Virus record (IMG/VR): IMGVR_UViG_3300011258_001374
Coordinates: 1-64,000 of that record
Strand: one strand, 5' to 3'
From: a virus
Length of the DNA stretch: 64,000 nt
Shown here piece after piece: positions 17,395 to 25,903 of the stretch. A program made the translations under genes and the position numbers. The notes beneath the pieces were generated by a model. It saw nothing but the letters and a program-made list of their open reading frames with translations, was not told where the DNA came from and did not search any database. Position 1 is the first letter of the stretch, and every line of letters starts with the position of its first letter.

Positions 17395-17686
17395 GCTTAG
17401 CTGCTCGGGCCTTGCGGCCTGCTTGCTGCTTCTTGGTTCCGTCCGTGCGTGTGATACGCCGAAGTTTGTCGTCTCGCTCTTCCCGATCCACCAGCCGCTC
17501 CAAGCGAGTGGCCATCAAGACCGCGTATCGTCGTCGAGTGGCTCGGTTGAGCACGATCGTCTCGAATAGCGCCGTGCCATTCTTATCGACGTTTCCCGTT
17601 TTAACTGTAGTGGTTCCGAACGGACTTCCCGAACTAACCTCGTTGTACGTGGGCTGTGGCCACGCGACGTCCTTCATCTGCGTCAT
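17345..17686 (-). CDS. hypothetical basic protein
   Basis: 113 aa; basic C-terminus (RKARAAKRVAYLARAAE). Confidence 0.3.
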   Translation of the reverse strand: MTQMKDVAWPQPTYNEVSSGSPFGTTTVKTGNVDKNGTALFETIVLNRATRRRYAVLMATRLERLVDREERDDKLRRITRTDGTKKQQAGRKARAAKRVAYLARAAEINKEKN

Positions 17687-18531
17687 ACTGCTACCTCTCC
17701 TTTCAACCCAGGATGTGGGTCGTATGACCTCACTTCGAGGTGCTCTGGGCGGAAGTCAAAAATCGATTCGACCGAGTCGTCGATGCCTACCCGGGGTGCC
17801 TGTCTTGGGTGTCGCGTGAGCTGGATGCGGCCCTGCTCCATGTGGTTCTCGTAGATGTGCAAATCGCCCAAGGAGAAACACAGGCGGCGCGGTCGATACC
17901 CCGTGACGTGAGCGAACATGCGGAGGAGGAACGCGTAGCTGGCGATGTTGAACGGCATCCCAAGAAAGATGTCGATCGATCGCATGTTGACTAACATGTT
18001 CAGGTCGCCGTTCTGCGTCTGGAGCTGGAACGCGTAGTGGCAGGGCATGAGAGCCATCTTTGGAAGGTCGGCAACATTCCAGGCCGAGACCAGGATGCGT
18101 CGGCTGTTCGGATCCGTGTTGAGCAGCTCGACCGCCTGCTGGATCTGATCGATCGACTTGTGGCTCCAGTGTCCATCGTAGCCTCCGGGGCCATCGAAGT
18201 GCTCGCTCTTGACGTGCCACTTCCGCCACTGTTTCCCGTAGACGGGACCCAGATTGCCGTTTTCAGCGGCCCACTCGTCCCAGATCGTGCAGCCCAGGTC
18301 GTTCAGGTCGTTGTTATTGGTCGAGCCAGATAGAAACCAGATCAGCTCAGCGATGATCGACTTCGTGTGGACACGCTTGGTCGTGAGCAGGGGGAAGTCC
18401 TCGACCACATCCGGGCATTCCCAGAATCGTCCGAAGACCTTGCGCGTGGGTGTGGCGGTGCGGTTGTCGCTCTTCACGCCATTGAGCATAACATCGCGGA
18501 GTAGGTAGAGGTAGTTTTCTTCACCGGTCAT
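17683..18531 (-). CDS. thyA: thymidylate synthase ThyA
   Basis: Near-canonical ThyA blocks: TIWDEWA, GPVYGKQWR, SRRILVSAWNV, MALMPCHYAFQ (catalytic Cys), PFNIASYA, GDLHIYENH, YDPHPG; start at MTGEENY overlaps the dCMP deaminase stop (ATGA). Confidence 0.9.
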   Translation of the reverse strand: MTGEENYLYLLRDVMLNGVKSDNRTATPTRKVFGRFWECPDVVEDFPLLTTKRVHTKSIIAELIWFLSGSTNNNDLNDLGCTIWDEWAAENGNLGPVYGKQWRKWHVKSEHFDGPGGYDGHWSHKSIDQIQQAVELLNTDPNSRRILVSAWNVADLPKMALMPCHYAFQLQTQNGDLNMLVNMRSIDIFLGMPFNIASYAFLLRMFAHVTGYRPRRLCFSLGDLHIYENHMEQGRIQLTRHPRQAPRVGIDDSVESIFDFRPEHLEVRSYDPHPGLKGEVAV

Positions 18532-19226
18532 TTCGGAAACCCTTTGATCCCGACCGCTTCCACTCCGCCTTCTTTGAAGATCGTGAGTGATTTCTCGAGA
18601 TTTTTGACCCAATCTTCGCGCTCGAAAAATGGGCCGTCGTTGAAGTATACGAACTTTGAGATTCCGCTCTGAACAACGGCTCGCGCGCAGTCGCAGCACG
18701 CCGCGTTGGGCGCGTACATTGTCGAACCCCGCAGTGCCACGCCCTGGGCCGCCGCGTTGTAGATCGCATTGCGCTCACCGTGTTCGTACCAGAGATATTT
18801 CTCAGGGCGTTCGTGCCGCTCTTGCGGAGCCTCATCCACTCCTCTGGGCAGTCCGTTATAGCCCAGGGAGAGCAGCACCTGATGGTCGCCGACTATCACG
18901 ACGCCGACTTGGGACGAATCGTCTTTCGACCATTCAGAGATCGTCATCGCGAGCGCCATCCACCGACGAGTCCAACTGACCTTTGGCGCCATATCGCGAC
19001 TGCGAAGAAGCTGAGATCCATGCTCTGAGCAGAACTGCTCGTTCTTGTTCACGCATAACCAGCCAGCTTCTTGACACCCGCGCTCCAAGTAGTGGGGATC
19101 GCGAGCGACGTCTATGTCGATGACTTCGGAGCAACCTCCCGGCCAATCGCAACGGGCGATCGAGCGATCTTGAAGGTCGTTTCTGATCAGAGTCATACCT
19201 CGATTTCTTCCTTTTCGAGGAACCAT
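18528..19226 (-). CDS. dCMP deaminase (cytidine/deoxycytidylate deaminase zinc motif)
   Basis: HGERNAI (H-x-E) and PNAACCDCARAV (PCxxC) zinc-binding motifs; about 225 aa. Confidence 0.8.
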   Translation of the reverse strand: MVPRKGRNRGMTLIRNDLQDRSIARCDWPGGCSEVIDIDVARDPHYLERGCQEAGWLCVNKNEQFCSEHGSQLLRSRDMAPKVSWTRRWMALAMTISEWSKDDSSQVGVVIVGDHQVLLSLGYNGLPRGVDEAPQERHERPEKYLWYEHGERNAIYNAAAQGVALRGSTMYAPNAACCDCARAVVQSGISKFVYFNDGPFFEREDWVKNLEKSLTIFKEGGVEAVGIKGFPK

Positions 19227-19411
19227 TCAGCGACTTCGAACGAATCGAGAGCGCCTGCGTCAGGGGAAACACGAGACGCCGTGTCCTCCTGCAGCACCGA
19301 GATCGGAACCCAGTGGGTCTTCTTGTCGCGCTTGATCAGCACGGCCTTTCCCGAGTCCGAAATTCGTTCAACATTGACCTTCCCGAGGTCGGCGTATTCA
19401 GTCTTTCCCAT
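19193..19411 (-). CDS. hypothetical protein
   Basis: 72 aa ORF in an operon with dCMP deaminase. Confidence 0.3.
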   Translation of the reverse strand: MGKTEYADLGKVNVERISDSGKAVLIKRDKKTHWVPISVLQEDTASRVSPDAGALDSFEVAEWFLEKEEIEV

Positions 19412-19739
19412 TGATCTTCTCCCGTTTTCCGCTGTTGCTGCGGAGACTAACTTCTCGTTGACGATCCAGATCGAAGTAGATTGACGCGTCCCAGTCTAGC
19501 GGGATGCCTAACACTTCGAACTCTGCTTTCGAAAGGGTCAGGAACTTTGTGTAGGGCTCCATCCCTTTATCATGTACCTTGAAGCACTCACCATAGGTGA
19601 GCTTTTCCTCTACCACAAGACTCCAGTACCCGCCCTCATCCAACAGTCCGGACGCAGTCCAGCCTAACAATATGTAGCATGGCCGTTCCGCATCGAACTC
19701 ATCCGTGGGGGATAGCCGGATCTGTCTCTTTCGTGGCAC
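19398..19739 (-). CDS. hypothetical protein
   Basis: 113 aa ORF. Confidence 0.3.
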   Translation of the reverse strand: MPRKRQIRLSPTDEFDAERPCYILLGWTASGLLDEGGYWSLVVEEKLTYGECFKVHDKGMEPYTKFLTLSKAEFEVLGIPLDWDASIYFDLDRQREVSLRSNSGKREKINGKD

Positions 19740-19943
19740 TCAGATTTTCCTGAAGTCTTGAGGGTTGATTCCTGTTCGCCGCAACAGGTCGTAGAAATCA
19801 CGACGGTCCTTGCCTGCTATTCGAGCCGCCTTGGACACATTGCCCTCAGCGTGTGTTAGGCACTCGACTGCATACCTCCGTTCAAATTGTCGTTTCGCGT
19901 CCTTGTACTTCGGAAATCCTGTCCACTGTTCTTTGTTTTCCAC
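19740..19943 (-). CDS. small HTH protein (Fis-type HTH)
   Basis: GNVSKAARIAGKDRRDFYDLLRRTGI resembles the Fis/NtrC C-terminal HTH. Confidence 0.4.
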   Translation of the reverse strand: MENKEQWTGFPKYKDAKRQFERRYAVECLTHAEGNVSKAARIAGKDRRDFYDLLRRTGINPQDFRKI

Positions 19944-19950
19944 TGCATCC

Positions 19951-20487
19951 TCATTGGCGCATCGCCTTCAGCATTGCAGCGGCATCGGTGGCTTGATGGA
20001 TCGCATCGGCCAACGCACCGTGCTTCGTTCCGTCCGCTAGGGGCGGCTGTCGCAGGCCTTGTGGGCCCGTCTTGAACAGTGTACGCAAGCAGCATTCGGC
20101 GCGAAAGGACCAACTGGGCACCATCTCAAACGCGGCCATGCAGGATCTGATGCCTGTGAGATCGTATGTCGGTGGCTTCGCCCACACCTCGGACGCTCCG
20201 CGCATGTCCTGGTTGAACTTGTCCAGCGCGAACACCGGATGGGCTGCGTGCTCGTCCAGCTCTGGGCCCCATGGCTTGGCCTTCTGATCGAGCCAGAAGT
20301 TGATCGGTCCCGAGTTGACTTTGAGTCCCTGGGACAGCTGCAGGTCGATGTCCAGACGTACTTCCTTCGCCGTCTCGAGATCTGGCCCTAGGTCGGGGCG
20401 GAAGCGGACCCAACCGATCGAGAGGATCACTCCGCCGGGCATGTCCCCGATCGCTTCAACGTCTACCATGAATTTCTTATTGCTCAC
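19951..20487 (-). CDS. DnaQ-like 3'-5' exonuclease (DEDDh)
   Basis: Exo I MVDVEAIG (DxE) and Exo III HGALADAIHQA (H-x4-D); 178 aa. Confidence 0.5.
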   Translation of the reverse strand: MSNKKFMVDVEAIGDMPGGVILSIGWVRFRPDLGPDLETAKEVRLDIDLQLSQGLKVNSGPINFWLDQKAKPWGPELDEHAAHPVFALDKFNQDMRGASEVWAKPPTYDLTGIRSCMAAFEMVPSWSFRAECCLRTLFKTGPQGLRQPPLADGTKHGALADAIHQATDAAAMLKAMRQ

Positions 20488-20753
20488 TGAGCCAATCTCC
20501 CGAGCTGTTCGCTGAGCTTCATCGCGACCATCGAGGCCGTTTCGTCCAGCGTTAGGTTCAACGATTCCACCTCGACGTCGCTTATCGCATACGAGAGCGA
20601 ACGGGCCGCTCCGATATCCCCGTAGACGTGGATCTCTGCGACGGTAGTACTCTCCACGCGCCGGACTCCGTAGCCGCTGACCGACCCTTGCTGCATCAAG
20701 GCTTCGAACTCGTTAGTCAGAAGCGTACGGAATCTGGCGCTGGAAAAGCTCAT
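20484..20753 (-). CDS. hypothetical protein
   Basis: 89 aa; stop/start coupled to neighbours. Confidence 0.3.
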   Translation of the reverse strand: MSFSSARFRTLLTNEFEALMQQGSVSGYGVRRVESTTVAEIHVYGDIGAARSLSYAISDVEVESLNLTLDETASMVAMKLSEQLGRLAQ

Positions 20754-20754
20754 A

Positions 20755-20958
20755 CTACTTCTCGAAGATGAGAGCTTCGCCTTCGGTGCGGATCGCGATC
20801 GGGGTATCGAATCCCTGGAGCAATCGCACTCGGGTCACCTGGGCAACACCGGGGCTTGAAAGCTGGAAGGTTCGAGTTCGGAATGAGGCCGCTTCGAACT
20901 TGGCCAACTCATGGCTCCAGTTTCGATTGCGACGAGACTTTTTCGTTTTCGTGGGCAT
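20755..20958 (-). CDS. hypothetical basic protein
   Basis: 67 aa, Lys/Arg-rich N-terminus. Confidence 0.3.
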   Translation of the reverse strand: MPTKTKKSRRNRNWSHELAKFEAASFRTRTFQLSSPGVAQVTRVRLLQGFDTPIAIRTEGEALIFEK

Positions 20959-20967
20959 ATCGTTCTC

Positions 20968-21162
20968 CTAGAAAGAGCCGTGCGAGACGGCGGTTGAGAC
21001 GACGCGGATTGCGCCGTACGTGAAACCACCGAACGCTGCGGCTCGAATGGCAGTATTGATCGCCGTGTAGGCGATGATGTAGAGCAGCCCCTGATCCTTG
21101 CCTGGGGTGATCTTCAGGGTGAAGAAGGTCTGATCGAACAGACCTGCGAAAATATCAAACAT
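20968..21162 (-). CDS. small membrane protein
   Basis: 64 aa, hydrophobic (LLYIIAYTAINTAIRAAAFGGF). Confidence 0.3.
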   Translation of the reverse strand: MFDIFAGLFDQTFFTLKITPGKDQGLLYIIAYTAINTAIRAAAFGGFTYGAIRVVSTAVSHGSF

Positions 21163-21276
21163 GCATCTCTCCTGGGGCCGTATGGGCCTCGACCTTAAAT
21201 CAACACGCGCGGCAGAGCAAGGCCCCTAGCAAATAAAATGTGGTCGCGAATACACAGGTCTCAAGCCAGTCGAGTG

Positions 21277-21744
21277 TCAAACCTCAAGTCCCTTGTCTTT
21301 CTCTTTATACTTCAGGTGTTTACGTATTATTTCTGCCGGCCCCCCGTTGGCGCGAATGAAGGCCCTGTACTTGCTCACGGAGCATCCCGCGATGAATGTC
21401 GAGACGGGCACAGAGCCCAGGGCGGACTCGCGGCCATCCAGAGACTTGACGCACAGCTTCACCGACAAGAAAGCGATCGATCTGAGGACAGGATGTCGAT
21501 CGGCGCTGGCCATGCCTCGCTTCATTCGACTAACGGCCGCGTGGGTGTCGCGTATGCACTTGATGCCTTCGGTTTTGGTTGGGGACAGCTGGACGCAAGC
21601 CGCTTCCCATTGCTCCTTGAGGACGTCCAGATCCTCAGAGAATATGAGGGTCGCGTGGACCGTACCCGGGAGGGTAAGGGCCATCACAGCGATGATCAGG
21701 AGTCGTTTGAACATGGCGTGTAGTTCTCCATCCAGCTGTCCCAT
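21277..21744 (-). CDS. secreted hypothetical protein
   Basis: Signal peptide MFKRLLIIAVMALTLPGTVHA; 155 aa. Confidence 0.4.
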   Translation of the reverse strand: MGQLDGELHAMFKRLLIIAVMALTLPGTVHATLIFSEDLDVLKEQWEAACVQLSPTKTEGIKCIRDTHAAVSRMKRGMASADRHPVLRSIAFLSVKLCVKSLDGRESALGSVPVSTFIAGCSVSKYRAFIRANGGPAEIIRKHLKYKEKDKGLEV

Positions 21745-22094
21745 CCAAAATGATTTCCTAGCGGTCCGTCCGATAGGATGTTGTCTAGCAGTTCGATGTG
21801 GTCGTTGATCTCGTGCGTTAGTTTACGGGTCGCGTCGACCAAGTGCTTCGGCTCATCAAGGTCGTCGCAGGCTCGATCGATATCTTCCGACAGGCACCAG
21901 TTTACGGTCTGGTCGTCTTCCATCCGAACGAAGAACGATGTTCCCATGCCACTAACAAATCGGAATTGGTACTTGTCGCAGAAGGGAATCACGTACTTGT
22001 TTCGCAGAACGTTGGCCGCCTTCTTGGCCTCCGAGTCAACCGCCTCGTGCATCGCCTCCATCATCTCGTCGTCTTTTTCAAACAGCATCTTCAT
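21696..22094 (-). CDS. hypothetical acidic protein
   Basis: Start taken at MKMLFEKDD; 132 aa. Confidence 0.3.
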   Translation of the reverse strand: MKMLFEKDDEMMEAMHEAVDSEAKKAANVLRNKYVIPFCDKYQFRFVSGMGTSFFVRMEDDQTVNWCLSEDIDRACDDLDEPKHLVDATRKLTHEINDHIELLDNILSDGPLGNHFGWDSWMENYTPCSNDS

Positions 22095-22305
22095 CCTTCC
22101 GTCGGTCAGGTCCGGGCCGCTTGGTGTCGCGTCGATCGAGGCCGCGTGAGACCATCTCCCGAATGATCTCCGGGTCTGTTGCCCAAGGGCGCAGGCAGAT
22201 CGGGTGGTCGCGTTCAACCTGCTCCTTCAAGTCTCGAGCATTGATTTCGATCACGCTGCGCTCCGGTGCGCGCGGGCCGCCTGGGTCTGCCAGCTGAGTC
22301 GCCAA
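22078..22305 (-). CDS. hypothetical protein
   Basis: 75 aa ORF. Confidence 0.2.
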   Translation of the reverse strand: MATQLADPGGPRAPERSVIEINARDLKEQVERDHPICLRPWATDPEIIREMVSRGLDRRDTKRPGPDRRKDEDAV

Positions 22306-22478
22306 AGTTGTGCCATGCGCGCTGCGAACTCAGAGCCCGCACCTTCGGGGGTTAGGTACTTGATCTCGTATTGCCAGATCAGGTCGAGCCCGGGGACGCA
22401 TGGGGCTCCGCGCTTGAACGCATCGGCACCTGCATCTCTCATCCGGTCAGCTGCTGGGTCGGCCTTTAAAATGGGCAT
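22251..22478 (-). CDS. hypothetical protein
   Basis: 75 aa ORF. Confidence 0.2.
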   Translation of the reverse strand: MPILKADPAADRMRDAGADAFKRGAPCVPGLDLIWQYEIKYLTPEGAGSEFAARMAQLWRLSWQTQAARAHRSAA

Positions 22479-22480
22479 GG

Positions 22481-22738
22481 CTACAGTTCTCCAACGGCTA
22501 GAGAGTAGGTGTGGGTTAGGCCGCGTGGCGTGCGGATCGGGAAATCCTCTTCGACCATGAACTTGATGAACTCGAATCGCTGTTCAGGCGACATTTTTCG
22601 GTAGGCGTTCTTGCCGTCTGACATCCGGCGTGGGGATCCATCCGGGACGGTCTTGAGCGGTTTTCCGTTTCGGACGTTAGCGGCCTTGCGCGCCGCCCGT
22701 TCGTCCTGCTGCTTTCCGTTTGAGTAGCTATCGCCCAT
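22481..22738 (-). CDS. hypothetical protein
   Basis: 85 aa ORF directly downstream of the HicA-like gene; no HicB features. Confidence 0.3.
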   Translation of the reverse strand: MGDSYSNGKQQDERAARKAANVRNGKPLKTVPDGSPRRMSDGKNAYRKMSPEQRFEFIKFMVEEDFPIRTPRGLTHTYSLAVGEL

Positions 22739-22803
22739 GTCTTGGGCCTCCGTTTCGTTTGTTAGTAACCTATCGTCGCGTGTGGTGTCGAACTTTAGGC
22801 TAA

Positions 22804-23025
22804 TTATCCGATTTTTTCTTTGACCTGCCGAAGCGCCTGAGCAGGCAGCTGACCGGCATTTGTTGGGCTACCTGCCATAGGCAACTTCGTTGTCTTTCCA
22901 TGGCGTGAGACGATTAGCTTCGGGTGCTTTGCTCCGCTATGTCGTACCTCTACCGAATAGCCTGCCCGCTTGAGCGCCTTTACGATCGCCCGCTGATGCT
23001 TCTGCAGCCGGGGTGCCGCGCTCAT
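22804..23025 (-). CDS. YcfA/HicA-like small protein (mRNA-interferase fold candidate)
   Basis: AIVKALKRAGYSVEVRHSGAKHPKLIVSRHGKTTKLP parallels the HicA pattern (K..GW..VR.KGSH...HP...V..H); start overlaps the methyltransferase stop by 4 nt. Confidence 0.4.
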   Translation of the reverse strand: MSAAPRLQKHQRAIVKALKRAGYSVEVRHSGAKHPKLIVSRHGKTTKLPMAGSPTNAGQLPAQALRQVKEKIG

Positions 23026-24005
23026 GCAGCCATCACGATCTGCTCGACGATGCCCTTGGCCATCTGCACATCAATTGCATTCCCGATCATCTTCCCCGCG
23101 AGGCCCTTCGCCTTCGGGAGGACATACGAATCCGGGAAGCTCATCGATCGCGCCATTTCACGGGCGCTCAGCGTCCGCATCCGGTCGCCGTCGATGATGT
23201 ACCATTGACCGATCGACTTCGTGGTTGACGTTGGGAAAAAACCGTCAAGTGGCCTGCCTGACGACTCTGAGACGTTCGCCCAGAGGCAGCGCTCGCCGGC
23301 CTCGTTCTGGGCCTTTTTAACCCGGATACGCATCCGGGCCGACTTGGAATCGATCGGCTTCCAGTTGTGGTGCGGGGCCGCGTCGTCCTCAAGACATTCG
23401 GCGATCGTTCGGGCCGCATGGCCATACGTCGGAGAGAGGACTGGGGCCGCGTGGCCCATGCGTGCGGTGATGATCATTCTGTCGCGCTCCTGCGCGCCGC
23501 CGTACGCGGTCGCCCGGATCACCTGGGTGTGGGTCTGGTACCCGAAGGCCTTGAGCATGCCGTGATAGGCCTCGAACGCGTCCCATCGCATCATGTCCAC
23601 CACGTTCTCGATCGCGATGAACTCGGGCCTAAGGGTGTCGGCGGCGGATAACACAGCCATAGCCGTGTTGCGGTCTCGCTGCGCCTTTTCTTGGGCCGCC
23701 TGGGCCGATGGCCTAACGTTGCCGCCGGTGCCCCTTCGCGCGGGTTGTCCGCACTGAGAATATCCCTGGCACGCTGGACTCGCCAGAAGTATCCGGGTAG
23801 CCGGGACTTGCGTCCAGTCTGCCTCCTTGAGATCTTGTCGGACGTGGGCCGTGTGGGGGTGGTTGGCCGCGTGGCAGTCAACGGCCTCCTGCCAATGGTT
23901 CGCAGCCCAGAGGACGGGAACGCCTGCCATGTTCGCGCCGGTACTGAATCCGCCGGCACCTGCAAAGAGATCGATTGCGTCAAAGTTGCTCATTGTTTGC
24001 TCCAT
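23022..24005 (-). CDS. DNA (cytosine-5)-methyltransferase
   Basis: Motif I DLFAGAGGFS, motif IV ASPACQGYS (PCQ), motif VI IENVVDMM (ENV), motif VIII AQERDRMII, motif X MIGNAIDV; 327 aa. Confidence 0.9.
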   Translation of the reverse strand: MEQTMSNFDAIDLFAGAGGFSTGANMAGVPVLWAANHWQEAVDCHAANHPHTAHVRQDLKEADWTQVPATRILLASPACQGYSQCGQPARRGTGGNVRPSAQAAQEKAQRDRNTAMAVLSAADTLRPEFIAIENVVDMMRWDAFEAYHGMLKAFGYQTHTQVIRATAYGGAQERDRMIITARMGHAAPVLSPTYGHAARTIAECLEDDAAPHHNWKPIDSKSARMRIRVKKAQNEAGERCLWANVSESSGRPLDGFFPTSTTKSIGQWYIIDGDRMRTLSAREMARSMSFPDSYVLPKAKGLAGKMIGNAIDVQMAKGIVEQIVMAA

Positions 24006-24011
24006 TGTTAT

Positions 24012-24503
24012 TTATACGGTCTTGATTCGTCCACCACATCCTCGGTGGGTGTACTGTTTTGAATTCGGCAATCGTCGTCGACGTTCAATCACGTAATCGC
24101 AACGCTCGCACTCTGCAACTATCTTTAAGGGCCGCTTGGGGGGCCGCGTGATGCCGATAGACTGGGCCGCCTGGGCCGTGGCACATCGGTTGCCGCTATG
24201 TCCGAGTGCTCGGGCGTGTGCTTTCCACACCCAGTTGTGTCCGGAGGGGATTCCGGCCCAGTGGTGGGCGATTTCATGCGCAAGCGTGTCGCGCATTTGA
24301 TCCGGATCGGCAAAAACGCACTTGTGTACTTCAATCCATCGCTCGCCCGTGTTCCTATTCGAGCACGCCATGCCTAACGTAGTGCGTAGCCTAGTGTTTA
24401 CGTAAACGGGAATCGCGAGGATATCCTCGGGAATGTTGGCGAAATTTTCAACGCAGAACCGAATGCAATTGCTTTCGACTGTTCCTATGGGACGCTTGGA
24501 CAT
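24012..24503 (-). CDS. SprT-like zinc metalloprotease with C-terminal zinc ribbon
   Basis: HEIAHH (HExxH) plus downstream His; C-terminal CERC...RGCGGR ribbon; start taken at MSKRPIGTV (164 aa). Confidence 0.55.
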   Translation of the reverse strand: MSKRPIGTVESNCIRFCVENFANIPEDILAIPVYVNTRLRTTLGMACSNRNTGERWIEVHKCVFADPDQMRDTLAHEIAHHWAGIPSGHNWVWKAHARALGHSGNRCATAQAAQSIGITRPPKRPLKIVAECERCDYVIERRRRLPNSKQYTHRGCGGRIKTV

Positions 24504-24565
24504 AGTGGTTTTCTCCGTTTTTTTTTCATACGTATCGGATAGGGCCGCGTGGGCTTTAGTCTTTT
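24504..24565 (-). promoter_or_regulatory. intergenic leader of the SprT-methyltransferase-HicA operon with two direct repeats CCCACGCGGCCCT
   Basis: On the minus strand GGCCCCCACGCGGCCCTAGAAAAGACTAAAGCCCACGCGGCCCTATCC lies immediately upstream of the SprT ATG. Confidence 0.35.
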
Positions 24566-24832
24566 CTAGGGCCGCGTGGGGGCCGTGCGGGCCTCGCGTG
24601 CCGCCTGCAGGTCCCATGCAACTAACTCCGTTTGACCTACTTGCTTTCGATATACACCAACGCTGCACACTGCACCGTAAATGCCTTCTGACCGCAGGTT
24701 CATTACCGCCAACTTGCGCGTCGGTGCGAGCACGCGGTAGACCCGCGAATGATCGGCAACATTGACGCACCCTTCAGGTTGCGGGTCGATTGCCATCGTT
24801 ATGCGCCATTCTTTTACCTTGGGAATGCTCAT
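24566..24832 (-). CDS. hypothetical protein
   Basis: 88 aa from MSIPKVKEW; ATG 1 nt after the upstream gene stop. Confidence 0.25.
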   Translation of the reverse strand: MSIPKVKEWRITMAIDPQPEGCVNVADHSRVYRVLAPTRKLAVMNLRSEGIYGAVCSVGVYRKQVGQTELVAWDLQAAREARTAPTRP

Positions 24833-24833
24833 C

Positions 24834-25604
24834 CTATGCCGCCTTTCGGTTAGCGTCGCGCGCGATCTTTCGACCGAGTCCGCCGGGGCCGTGGTCAATA
24901 ATCACTCGGCCACCCGTCGCGCCGTTGCATTTAATGGGACACTCGGCGCACGTTAGGCGCTTGCCAGCTTCCGCGCTCGCAGGGCATTGACTCTCACCCT
25001 TAACCCGTTCGCGTGCATCCTCGCGGCCATCGGCTACGCGGAAGGTCGCCCAGAGGAGCGCTAGCGCCTCATCGCGTTCGGCGATCGAGTCGACCGAGGC
25101 CATACAGATTCCGCGCAACGCTGCGCCGGTGTCGCGCCATCGGTGGGTGTACCCCGTGTGTTCCGAAGCGGACGCGGCGAGCGCGTGCCAGATTACAGCG
25201 TCAACCGCTCCCGGATCGCCCCAAGCGCCCATGCGAAGCTTTAGGCCTCGGACGTATGCGACTGCGCCGCGTAGGTCGGTCGGGCGATATGCGCCGCGCT
25301 TGACTGCATCGAAAACGATCCGCGGACCGTGGGCTAAATTGACATAGCAGCGCGCCGCGCCTGATTCCTTTGCAAGCGCTGGCCGGTGCGGGCAATCGCC
25401 ACAGACCGAAACATCGGCGCCGCTTTTCGCGGAGTCACCCGGGGCAACGTCGCGCGGGATAATATAGGTCTGAATCATCGCGCCGGTTTTGGCGTTCGCC
25501 TTGCCGTGCGCGGATTTCATCGCGTCTTTTCGTCCCCGCAAAATCACATAGACGGGGGAGCCGTCGATTAGGCTAGTGCTTTCGAAGTAGATTCCATCGG
25601 CCAT
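24834..25604 (-). CDS. Cys-rich (probable metal-binding) hypothetical protein
   Basis: 256 aa; clusters VCGDCPH...CYVN and CPASAEAGKRLTCAECPIKC (7 Cys); RBS AAGGAG. Confidence 0.45.
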   Translation of the reverse strand: MADGIYFESTSLIDGSPVYVILRGRKDAMKSAHGKANAKTGAMIQTYIIPRDVAPGDSAKSGADVSVCGDCPHRPALAKESGAARCYVNLAHGPRIVFDAVKRGAYRPTDLRGAVAYVRGLKLRMGAWGDPGAVDAVIWHALAASASEHTGYTHRWRDTGAALRGICMASVDSIAERDEALALLWATFRVADGREDARERVKGESQCPASAEAGKRLTCAECPIKCNGATGGRVIIDHGPGGLGRKIARDANRKAA

Positions 25605-25610
25605 CGTTTG

Positions 25611-25685
25611 AGTTTGCTCCTTGTGTATATGTATCCTATCGGGCGCGGGGGTGTCGACCTTAAGCGTTATTTTGTTATTTTCTTG
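25611..25685 (-). promoter_or_regulatory. conserved promoter-like element, copy A
   Basis: Minus-strand CGATAGGATACATATACA...AAGGAGCAAAC upstream of ATG 25604; shares about 45 nt (ATCGG.CG.GGGG.G...CTTAAGCG.TTATTTTGTTATTT) with the copy at 27978-28070. Confidence 0.4.
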
Positions 25686-25832
25686 CGCAATCGCTTTCGG
25701 GTGTGATCGCCTGTTTTTAGGTCGGGGCTAGTATGCCTTTACGGTGGAAAAACCCGTTACAGGGGATTTAGGAGCGTGAGTTTTGGAAGCATGGAATGCG
25801 CAGGCCTCGAGCCGGAAGCGTGGGCCAAACGC

Positions 25833-25854
25833 AAAAACCCCCAACCCGGGGAGC
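25833..25854 (-). terminator. possible intrinsic terminator after the 25904-26455 gene
   Basis: Minus strand GCTCCCCGGGTTGGGGGTTTTT: short GC stem followed by a U5 tract. Confidence 0.3.
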
Positions 25855-25903
25855 AAACCAACCGGATCGGGGGCGCGGGCCATCCGCTTAATTTGTGACT
25901 GAC

